NCBI RefSeq assembly: GCF_009914755.1
Contig: NC_060932.1
Reading direction: 5' to 3' (one strand)
Source of the DNA: the human T2T-CHM13v2.0 reference genome, Homo sapiens
DNA: 64,000 nucleotides
Part shown: piece after piece, positions 1-10,726 of the stretch
Layout of the letters: each line of letters opens with the position of its first letter
How positions within the stretch are numbered: position 1 is the first letter of the stretch
The notes under the pieces: generated by a model
What the model was told of the DNA's origin: nothing
Databases searched by the model: none
The model's input: only the letters and a program-made list of their open reading frames with translations
Made by a program: the position numbers and the translations under genes

Positions 1-39
1 GGTACCAAAAATGCCTATAAGGCATAACCTGGAAGGGCA

Positions 40-287
40 AATCATTATATTAATGATCTCCGTGTCCATGTCCCTTTACAATATGGCATAGTCATTTCTT
101 ACATCAGAAAGGTGGCATCAATTTCTCCATCCCCTTGAATTTGGGCTGTTTTTTAAAACTTGTTTTGATAAAGGGTCAAAGGTGGCAGGAGTGACAGTGC
201 AATATCTAGGACCCGGGCAACCCATGAGACCTCATGGCTTCTGCATTTATTCATTAGGTACCCGACTGCCACATGAAGATTCAGTTA
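40..287 (+). mobile_element. MLT1-family (MaLR) LTR, 5' part; continues at ~1940-2178
   Basis: MLT1-like motifs (TCCATCCCCTTGAATTTGGGCTG; later CAGAGAAATTGCCCAGCTGA, AGCCACTAAGTTTTGGG). ATTCAGTTA occurs at both breakpoints (279 and 1940). Confidence 0.55.
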
Positions 288-1160
<873 letters not shown>

Positions 1161-1732
1161 TGTGATGGTTAACATTGTCATCTTGATTGGGTTGAAGGAT
1201 GCAAAGTATTGTTTCTGGGTGTATCTGGTTGTTGCTGGGTGTTGCCAGAACAGACTAACATTTGAGTTAGTGGACTGGGAGGGGAAGACCCACCCTCAGG
1301 AAGACCCACCCACAATGTGAGTGGGCACCATCCAATTGGCTGCCAGTGCAGCTAGAAAAAGCAGGCAGAAGAAGGTGGAGCAAGCTGACTTGCTGAGTCT
1401 TCCAGTCTTCATCTCTCTCCCATGCTGGATGCTTCCTGCCCCTGAACATCAGACTCCAAGTTCCTCAGCCTTTGGATTCTTGGACTTACAACAGTGGTTT
1501 GCCAGGGCCTCTCGGGCCTTCGGCCACAGACTGGAGGCTGCACTGTCAGCTTCCCTACTTTTGAGGTTTTGGGACTCAGACTGCCACTGCTGGCTTCCTT
1601 CGTCCTCAATTTGCAAAATGGCCTATCGTGGGACTTCACCTTGTGATCATGTGAGTCAATTCTCCTTAATAAACTTCCTTTCATATATACATATATCCTG
1701 TAAGTTTTGCCCCTACAGAGGACCCTAATACA
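1161..1732 (+). mobile_element. MLT2A-type (ERVL) solo LTR
   Basis: Starts TGTGATGGTTAA..., ends ...CCCTAATACA; AATAAA near the 3' end. Confidence 0.88.
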
Positions 1733-1939
1733 GGAGTCCCCTAAGAGGTGATGGTTAAGTTTAGGGCACTGAATATGGTGATGGTTTCACAGGTGTATAC
1801 TTATCCTCCAATGCATCAAGATGTATACGTTGAATATATATAGCTTTATTTGTCTGACAATCATATCTCACTAAAAAAGTAAATAAATGGATGTGGCTGT
1901 ATTCCAATAAAACTTGATTTATGGACACTGAAAAAAAAT

Positions 1940-2178
1940 ATTCAGTTAGACTACAAAATGATGAAAGACCATGTAGTGAGAGTCGCCGCCTTCAAGCCAT
2001 CTATGCCAAAGCCATGTTAAACCCTCCAGCTTCTGCGAACTCACCAGCTGGCTGCAGCCCCCTGAGTGAGCTCAGGCTAGACCAGCAGAGAAATTGCCCA
2101 GCTGACCCCAAAAATGTGAGAAATAGCAAATTACTGTTTTCAGCCACTAAGTTTTGGGATAATGGATAACTGAGACAT
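1940..2178 (+). mobile_element. MLT1-family LTR, 3' part
   Basis: GAAATTGCCCAGCTGA...GTGAGAAATA...AGCCACTAAGTTTTGGG...GATAACTGAGACA. Confidence 0.65.
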
Positions 2179-2329
2179 CTGATAAGTACTATAATGAAAG
2201 TAAAAAGTGATTTGGGGATAAAGAAGAGTTAGAAATTATTTCCTACCCAGAGGATGCGTGGTGATCTTATAGCAGTAACGATTTTTAATGTTTTCCCATT
2301 TTTTTCTTTTTTAGGGGTATTTTTTATAT

Positions 2330-4840
2330 GGTTTAATTGCAAAAATTTAAACTGCTAAAATTTGGCAAGTTCTGGCATAGGTAAACACCTGTGAACCTGT
2401 TATCACAATCAAGATAATAAATGCGGGGAGGCCAGACACAGTGGCTCATGCCTGTAATCCTAGCAGTTTGGGAGGCCAAGGCAGGTGGATTGGCTGAGCT
2501 CAGGAGTTCGAGATCAGCCTGGGCAACACAGTGAAACCCTGTCTCTACTAAAATACAAAAAATTAGCCAGGCATGGTGGTGCACGCCTGTAGTCCCAGCT
2601 ACTCAGGAGGCTGAGGCAGGAGAATTGCTAGAACCCAGGAGGTGGAGGTTGCAGTGAGCCGAGATCAGACCACTGTACTCCAGCCTGGGCAACAGAGCAA
2701 GACTCCATCTCAAAAAAAAAAAAAAAAAAGATAATAAATGCATTCCTCACCCCCAAGACTTTCCTTATGGCCCCTTTATAATCCCTGCCTTTATGCCCTC
2801 CTTGCCCTTTCACCATCCTGAGACAACCAGATATGTTTTCTATCACTATAGACTAGTTTGCATTTTCTAGAATTTTATATACATGGAACCATACAATGTG
2901 TACTCTTTTTGTCTGGTTTCTGTCAGCAGAATTAGTTTTAGATCCATCCAAGTTGTGTGTGTATCAACAGTTTATTTCTACTGCTAACTTGTATTATGTT
3001 GTATAGATAGACCATGATTTGTTTATCCATATTCCTGTTGATGGACATTTAGGTTTTGTAGTCTATTAGGGGGCAATAAAGTTGCTATGAACTTTAGTGC
3101 ACAAGTCTTCGTGTGGACATATACATTCTTTTCATTTCAAGGTATTATGAAATATACCTTGCATAAATACCTTGAAGTGGAATGGCTCAGTCATAAGTGT
3201 ATGTTTAACTTTTTATGAAACTGGTAACCTGTTTTCCAAAGTGGTTGTACCATTTTACATCCCCTACCAGCAGTATACGTTCCAGTTGTCCCAAATCTTT
3301 GTCAATTCTTGGTATCGGTTTTTTCAATTTTAGCTATTCAGTTTTAGCCATTCTAGTGGGTATGGTTTTAATTCATATTTTCATTACTATTTATGTTGAG
3401 CATATTTTCATATACTAATTTGCCATTCATATATCTTATTTAAGTGACTTTTCAAATCATCTGTATACTTTTTATATTATTACATTTATTATTATAATTA
3501 TTTGTTGTTATTATTGGAGTTTTATGTATTCTAGGTAGAAGTCCCTTCTTGGATATATGTTTTCCAACTATTTTTCCCATTTTGTAGTTTATATTTTCAT
3601 TTTCATAACGGTATCTTTGGAAAGGCAAACATTTTTTATTTTGATGATATCCATTTTATTTTTCTTTAATAATTCTTGCTTTTTGTGTCCAGTTTAAGAA
3701 ACACGTGCCAAGCCAAGGTCACTGAGATTTTCTCCTACGTTTTCTTCAAGAAGTTTTATACGTTACCTCTTATATTTAGGACTATGATTTATCTTGAAGT
3801 ACTTTTTGAATGCTGGTGTGAAATAAGGATTGAAGTTCATTTGTTTTTTGTTATTGTTCTTTGTTTTCACTATTTGTTTATATGGATATCCATTTGCTCC
3901 ATCACCATTTATTGTTAATATTATCATTTTCCCATTGAATTGCCCTGGCACCTTTGTTGAAAATCAATTCTGTAGGTCTATTTCTGGACAAATTTTGTTC
4001 CATTTGTCTCTGTTTACCTTTCTTTATACTGTGATTACTGTAGCTTTTTAATAGATCTTGAAATCAGATAGTGTAAATCCTCCATTTAGCTCTTTTTTCA
4101 GTATTGTTTTGGCTATTCTAGGTTCTTTACATTTTCATATAAATTTGGTAATTTCTTTTAAAAGCCTGCTAGGATTTCTATTGAAATCGTATTGAATATA
4201 TATAGTTGAATTTGAGAATAAATTATATCTTAACAATGTTGAATCTTCTAATATATAAATACAATATGTCTATTTATTTAGATTTTATTTATCCCAGCAG
4301 TGTTTACTAGTTTTCAGCGAACAGGTCTCACATGTCTTTTGGCAGGTTATCCTTAAATATTTATTATTTTTTACATTATTTTTAAATTGCAATTTCTGAT
4401 TGCTCACTGCTTCTATATAAAAATACAACTGATTTTGGCAAATTGATCTTATATTCTGCCACCTTGAGAAACATGTATTGGTACTGGTAGCTTTTTGGTA
4501 GATTAATTAGGATTTTCTACATAGATAATTGTGTCATCTGCAAATTAAGACATCTCTTCCTTTCTAATCTGGATATTACTCATTTATTTATTTAGCCTTA
4601 TTACACTGGCTAGAAGTGGTAAGAGCATACACCCTCACCTTGTTTCTGATCTTAGAGAGAAAGCATTTCAGTCTTTCACTTTAAGTATGATGCTTGCTGT
4701 AAGTTTTCACAGATGCACTTTATTAGGATGTGAACGTTCGTTTCTAGTTCTAGTTTGCTGGAAGTTTCTATCATGTATGGATGTTTGATTATTGTGTTAC
4801 ATTTTGTCAATTTATTTTTTGCATCTATTGAGTTGATCAT
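2330..4840 (-). mobile_element. Old L1ME/L1MC-like fragment (ORF2 3' part and 3'UTR)
   Basis: Degenerate antisense L1 motifs (GTCATCTGCAAAT, CTTGTTTCTGATCTTAGAGAGAAAGC, TTTTTGCATCTATTGAG). Confidence 0.8.
2430..2729 (+). mobile_element. Alu (S-type) with TSD AGATAATAAATGC
   Basis: Full dimer, poly(A) tail, flanking duplication. Confidence 0.95.
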
Positions 4841-5282
4841 ATGGAGGAATGGAGTCCTTAAACACCAATGGTCTTCCCTCCTTCCCCTGCCCTTAAGAGT
4901 TCTGTCCTTGGCCCTGCTCTCTTGTGCTTTACAAATGAGAAGACTTATACATTACAATAGCTTCAACTAACAGCTGTGTATAAATGACTTCCAAGCATAC
5001 ATGTTTCATCTCAAATTCTCAGCTGAAATTGAGACCAATATTCTCAGCTTCTAACTGTATTTTGTCCACCAAGTTATCCTCCATATATCTCTAGAGAGAT
5101 AAATAGGGGTGACATAAGAATCCAATGGCTATTCTCTTCAGTTAACTCACATTGAACTCAATGTTCATCAACTTGAATTCATACCGTTTGTGTGCCATTT
5201 AAGGTCTTTTAAATGTAAAATCAGAAAAATATCTGAAATCAGAGAGCTTTTTAAAAAAATACTAAAATCAAAACTTTATAAT

Positions 5283-5505
5283 GCAGGATGTCTCAATCTT
5301 GATACTAATGACATTTGGGGAAAGATAATTCTTTGTTACAGAGGGCTATCCTGTTACAGATGTTAACCAGCATCCCTAGTCTTGACTCACTAGATGCCAG
5401 TAGTATCCTCACTGACCCCAATCTATGACAGTCAAAAATGTCTCCAGATATTGCCAAAGGTCCCCTGGGGAGGGGACACAATCATCTCGAGGTTGGAAAC
5501 TACTG
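5283..5505 (+). mobile_element. MER20 (hAT-Charlie non-autonomous)
   Basis: CACTAGATGCCAGTAG...AAAAATGTCTCCAGATATTGCCAAA diagnostic motifs. Confidence 0.85.
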
Positions 5506-5589
5506 ATGTACTAACTTGCTCTAGATCAATGCTCCCATGAAAATCAACTAAAAGAGCCAAATTAAAAAACAAACAAACCAAAAACAAAA

Positions 5590-5770
5590 TGGGCACAGTG
5601 GCTCACAGCTGTCATCTCAGCAATTTGGGACGCTGAGGCAGGAGAATCTTTTTTGCTCAGGAATTCAAGACCAACCTGGGCAACACAGTGAGACCTCATT
5701 TCTACTAAAAATCAAAAGAATTAGCCGGGCATGGTGCTGGGATTACAGGCGTGAGCCACTGCACCCAGCC
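5590..5770. mobile_element. Chimeric Alu: + left monomer fused to the 5' end of a minus-strand Alu
   Basis: ...TTAGCCGGGCATGGTG|CTGGGATTACAGGCGTGAGCCACTGCACCCAGCC. Confidence 0.85.
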
Positions 5771-5771
5771 C

Positions 5772-7050
5772 CATTTCACCTTCATTTTTGAAGGATATTT
5801 TTTGCAGGGTATGAATTTCTAGATCAGCAGCTACTTTCTGTAAGCACTTTAAAAGTATTATTCTAGTCTTTTTGGTTTCCATTGTTTCTGTGGGAGATGG
5901 CTGTCTTTAAGATGTTTTCTGTCTTTACTTTTTAGTTGGTTTACTTTGATGTGCCTAAGTGTGATTCTATTTTTCTTTGTCCTGCTTTAGTTTTCTGAGC
6001 TTGGTCAAATGTTACTTTGGCCCCATTCTATTCCAAGACTCCAATTATCTTTCTAAAGGCTTTTCATTGTGTTTACATGCCTCCAATACATGCTTCAGTA
6101 TGTATTTTTTTCTACTGACCTGTCTTGTAGTTCACTAATCTTGTCTTTTGTTACACAAATCCACTATTACATCCACCTACTGTGTTCTCAACTCCAGACA
6201 CTGTATTCAGTTCTAGAATATCCATTTGATTTTTATAGATTACTTTTCTGATCAAAGTCTTTGCCTATTATCTTATCCATAATTGTCTCAAACATATTAG
6301 TCATAGTTATCTTAGAGTTCTTGCCAGTGAACTCCAATATGTGAATTGTCTGTGGCTTGGTTTCTCATGTCACTTTTTTTTCTCTTAGTTTTTGGTCACG
6401 TGGTCCATGTGGTTTTGGCATTTCTTGTAATTTTCCATTGGTTTCCAGATGTTTTAATGTTACTGGCTTTGGGTGATGTCTTTCTTCAGTGAGGCAACCT
6501 GTCTTCTGCTAGAACTTAATCCAACCAAGAATCATGATAAATCAAGGCAGAGTTACAAATCTTGGCATAAGGCTCATTCTACATTTGACGTGCCCCTAGC
6601 CTCAGAGTTTTCTAATGGTCACCTAGGATATTCTCCAGATCCCCTCCTTCTGGCAAGTCCTGATTTTTAATCTTTGTTTTATGAAGCTTTCTGCCTACTT
6701 TTGTTTTCTCTCCTAAACAGCACCACAACTTTGCAAATTTTCTGAGTGGAAATTGCCCATGTTTAAGGCTGTTCCATATCTCTACCAAAAGCTTTCTTGG
6801 TTGCTGTCCTCTGGAGGCAAGCTTTAAAAAAATACAAAATCAAAATTACCAGCCTCCGGTCTGCAACCAGAATGGACAAGTGCCCCCAAACTAAAAGCAG
6901 CCACAGGTCAGCTCACCTCAGAAATGTTCACTCCTTTTTAGAGTCCTGCTTGGACAGATTTCTACTGCCTTCAAATAGATGAGTCCCGTATTTTATCCCG
7001 CTTTTCTGCTGGGGGATAGTGGCGGTGGATTTGATAACTGGTAGGAACTA
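5772..7050 (-). mobile_element. Old L1M (ORF1 / 5' region) fragment
   Basis: CCTTCATTTTTGAAGGATATTTTTTGCAGGGTATGAATTTCTAG and similar antisense ORF1 motifs. Confidence 0.65.
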
Positions 7051-7081
7051 GTGAGAGTTGTGTTGCCCATTCTTTCCCTTT

Positions 7082-7382
7082 CTTTTTTTTTTTTTTTTGT
7101 TGAGACGGAGTCTCGCTGTCGCCCAGGCTGGAGTGCAGTGGCGCAATCCCGGCTCACTGCAGGCTCCGCCCCCTGGGGTTCACGCCATTCTCCTGCCTCA
7201 GCCTCCCGAGTAGCTGGGACTACAGGCGCCCGCCACCTCGCCCGGCTAATTTTTTGTATTTTTAGTAGAGACGGGGTTTCACCGTGTTAGCCAGGATGGT
7301 CTCGATCTCCTGACCTCGTGATCCGCCCGCCTCGGCCTCCCAAAGTGCTGGGATTACAGGCGTGAGCCACCACGCCCGGCCT
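7082..7382 (-). mobile_element. Young AluY-family element, TSD TCTTTCCCTTTCT
   Basis: AluY diagnostics (CACCGTGTTAGCCAGGATGG, TCACGCCATTC); CpGs largely intact. Confidence 0.95.
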
Positions 7383-7781
7383 CTTTCCCTTTCTGAATTG
7401 AAATTGTTACTACACTCTGGGTACGTAGGGGAAGATACTCTTTTCATTTATGAAGTATAACAAGGAGCTAATTTAAGACCTTATAGAGAGTATGGCACAT
7501 TTAGAAGTAAATGCAGTCACTTTGAGCCCACTCTCTTGTGGATGGGTATCTTCCACACTGGGGAAAAAAAAATGAGGCATGAAAACTTGGTATTCAAAGC
7601 GGTGGATTGTCATAAGAGAGCCAGTTGTCCCCCAAGATGTCCTTCCCTTCTTCCAGTTTTTGGTATACAACTGGACATACAGAATGAAGACATTTAAAGT
7701 TTCTCTTTCAGCTCAGTGTGATCATGTGATATAGGTCTGATGGACAAGATGTGTCATGTGGCAACTTAAAAGTTGGCTCAA

Positions 7782-8315
7782 CAGGGTCGGGGTGGGCGCC
7801 GGTCTGGGCGTGGGCGTGAACCAGCGCATGGACAGTTACAAGCACCTGAACGGCTGGAGCAATGGCAGCTACAGCATGATGCAGGACCAGCTGGGCTACG
7901 CACAGCACCCGGGCCTCCACGCCAACGGTGCCGCGCAGATGCAGCCCATACACCGCTATGACGTGGGCGCCCTGCAGTACAACTCCATGACCAGCTCGCA
8001 GACCTGCGAGAACTGCTCGCCCACCTACAGCACGTCCTACTCGCAGTAGGGCACCCTACTCCAGCCCCGCTGTGGTTACCTCTTCCTCCCACTCCAGGGC
8101 GCCCTGCCAGGCCGGGGACCTCCGGGACCTGATCAGCACGTACCTTACCCGCGCCGAGGTGCCGGAACACGCCGCCCCAGCCAACTTCACATGTCCCAGC
8201 ACTACAGGAGCAGCCCGGTGCCCGCCACGGCCATTAACGACACACTGCCCCTCTCGCACATGTGAGGGCCGGACAGCGAACTGGAGGGGGAAGAAATTTT
8301 CGAAGAAAAACGAAG
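7782..8315. promoter_or_regulatory. CpG-island-like segment (SOX2 retrocopy coding part)
   Basis: About 40 CpG dinucleotides counted by eye in ~530 bp, GC-rich, in an otherwise CpG-depleted window. Confidence 0.7.
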
Positions 8316-8387
8316 GAAATGGGAGGGGTGCAAAAGAGGAGAGTAGGAAACAGCATGGAAAAAACCCAATACGTTCAAAATGGAAAA

Positions 8388-9507
8388 ATATATATATATT
8401 TTATCTTATATATATATTTATATATATAAATATATATTCTTTTACATATATTTATATATATTCTTTTATATATATTTATATATAAATATATATTCTTTTA
8501 TATATATTTATATATATATTCTTTTATATATATATTCTTTTATATATATTTATATATATTCTTTTATATATATTTATATATATTCTTTTATATATATAAA
8601 TATATATTCTTTTATATATATTTATATATATAACTATATATTCTTTTATATATATTTATAAATATATATTCTTTTATATATATTTATAAATAATCTTTTA
8701 TATATATTTATAAATATATATTCTTTTATATATATTTATAAATATAAATATATATTCTTTTATATATTTATATATATTCTTTTATATATTTATATATATA
8801 TTCTTTTATATATATTTATATATATATTCTTTTATATATATTTATAAATATATATTCTTTTATATATATAAATATATATTCTTTTATATATATTCTTTTA
8901 TATATTTATATATTCTTTTATATACTTATATATAAATATATATTCTTTTATATACATATATATTCTTTTATATATTTATATAAATATATATTCTTTTATA
9001 TATTTATATATAAATATATATTCTTTTATTTATATATAAATATATATTCTTTTATATATTTATATATAAATATATATTCTTTTATATATTTATATATAAA
9101 TATATATTCTTTTATATATTTATATATAAATATATATTCTTTTATATATTTATATATAAATATATATTCTTTTATATATTTATATATACATATATATTCT
9201 TTTATATATTTATATATACATATATATTCTTTTATATATTTATATATACATATATATTCTTTTATATATTTATATATAAATATATATTCTTTTATATATT
9301 TATATATAAATATATATTTTTATATATTTATATATAAATATATATTCTTTTATATATTTATATATATATTTATATATAAATATATATTCTTTTATATATA
9401 TATATAAATATATATTCTTTTATATATTTATATATAAATATATATTCTTTTATATATTTATATATAAATATATATTCTTTTATATATTTATATATATATA
9501 TATATAT
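8388..9507. repeat. AT-rich minisatellite, ~30-bp unit (TATATATTTATATATAAATATATATTCTTT) with variants
   Basis: Tandem units visible directly; most homogeneous at ~9030-9480; the SOX2-like UTR resumes at ATCCCATCACCCACAGC. Confidence 0.97.
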
Positions 9508-10726
9508 CCCATCACCCACAGCAAATGGCAGCTGCCAAAGAGAACACCAATCCCATTCACACTCACGCAAAAACCGCGATGCCGACAAGAAAACTTCTAT
9601 GAGAGAGATCCTGAACTTCCTTTTGGGGGACTATTTTTGTACAGAGAAAAACAGGGGGGTGGGGAGGGTGGAGGAATGGATCTTGTGCAGATTTGGAAGA
9701 AAGCAAGCTACAAAAAACTTTTAAAAAGTTCTAGTGGTACGGTAGGAGCTTTGCAGGAAGTTTGCAGGTCTTTACCAATAATATTTAGAGCTAGTCTCCA
9801 GGCGATGAAAAAATATTCTAATATTTGCAAGCAACTTTTGTACAGTATTTATCGAGATAAACATGGCAATCAAAATGTCTACTGTTTACAAGCTGAGAAT
9901 TTGCCAGTATTTTTCAACGAGAAGCTTCTTGCTGCATTTTGATGCTGCAGCTGAAATTTAGCACAATTGCAAACGTGGAAAGAAGAAAATTATTGAAATT
10001 TGGACAAAAAATTGTAAGAAAGGAAAAAACTAAAATAAGTACTGGCAAACCATCTCTGTGGTCTTGTTTAAAAGGGCAAAAGTGCAAAACTTACATGGTT
10101 GGTAATTTATAATAGCTTTTGTTCAATCCCAACTTTCCATTTTGTTCAGATTAAAAAAATGAAGTTACTGTGTTCGAAATATTTTCCTATGGTTTGTAAT
10201 ATTTCTGTAAATTTATTGTGGTATTTTAAGGTTTTCCCCCTTTGTTTTCCGTAGTTGTATTTTAAAAGATTCGGCTCTGTAGTATTTCAATCAGTCTGCC
10301 GAGAATCCATGTATATATTTGAACTAATATCATCCTTGTAACAGGTACATTTTCAACTTATGTCTTTACTCCATTATACACAGTTTGAGATAAATTTTTG
10401 AAATACGAAAAATGTTGGCGCAAGGCCTTTTTATCTCTTTTTAGTTTCTTCTCCCCTGGGCAGAATGTAGATAAGATGGCTGGGACTGAAGCAGCCATTT
10501 TAGATCATGAAGTAACGTTGAGAATGACAGCTGTACATGATGAAGCAGAAGGACGAAAAGCTGGACCTCTGACCACCACTTTCCAGAGCATAACCCTTAT
10601 ACCAGCCCTGAACAACATGCCACAGTAATTTTCCATAGGAGATTCATTTCTATCTTATTTCAGTGACTGTTATTTTGGGGTTTTGTTACTTGCAACTAAG
10701 CCTCATAAAATTAGGAAAGTTCAGGA

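Larger units (their letters stand above)
7782..10412 (+). pseudogene. SOX2 processed pseudogene, 5'-truncated (no HMG box): C-terminal CDS plus 3'UTR
   Basis: Encodes [36 protein letters not shown]...YNSMTSSQT and [19 protein letters not shown] (SOX2 C-terminus). Premature TAG at 8047-8049, ~47-bp frameshifting deletion near 8058, SOX2 stop TGA at 8263-8265. SOX2-like 3'UTR runs to ~10407. Imperfect TSD AAAAGTTGGCTCAA (7768-7781) / AAAATGTTGGCGCAA (10409-10423) at a TT/AAAA site. Confidence 0.95.
7620..10705 (+). mobile_element. MLT1-family LTR split by the SOX2 retrocopy (7620-7767 and 10424-10705)
   Basis: GATCATGTGATATAGGTCTG before the insertion; GATGGCTGGGACTGAAGCAGCCATTTTAGATCATGA...GGGGTTTTGTTACTTGCAACT after it. 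Confidence 0.6.

Noticed and set aside
1321-1728. 135-aa ORF
   Set aside because: Lies wholly within the MLT2A LTR and starts at GTG
1895-1940. ATGGACACTGAAAAAAA resembles the extreme 3' end of SOX2 mRNA
   Set aside because: The context (GTGGCTGTATTCCAATAAAACTT) is MER58-like and lies 6 kb from the retrocopy; most likely coincidence
7708-8259. Antisense and alternative-frame ORFs over the SOX2 retrocopy
   Set aside because: Expected in GC-rich, stop-poor sequence; no independent support
8388-9507. Regular ~30-bp periodicity suggesting a CRISPR-like array
   Set aside because: No unique spacers; this is a eukaryotic tandem repeat
8380-9588. YI-rich ORFs (8380-8661 +, 9370-9588 -)
   Set aside because: Translations of the AT minisatellite
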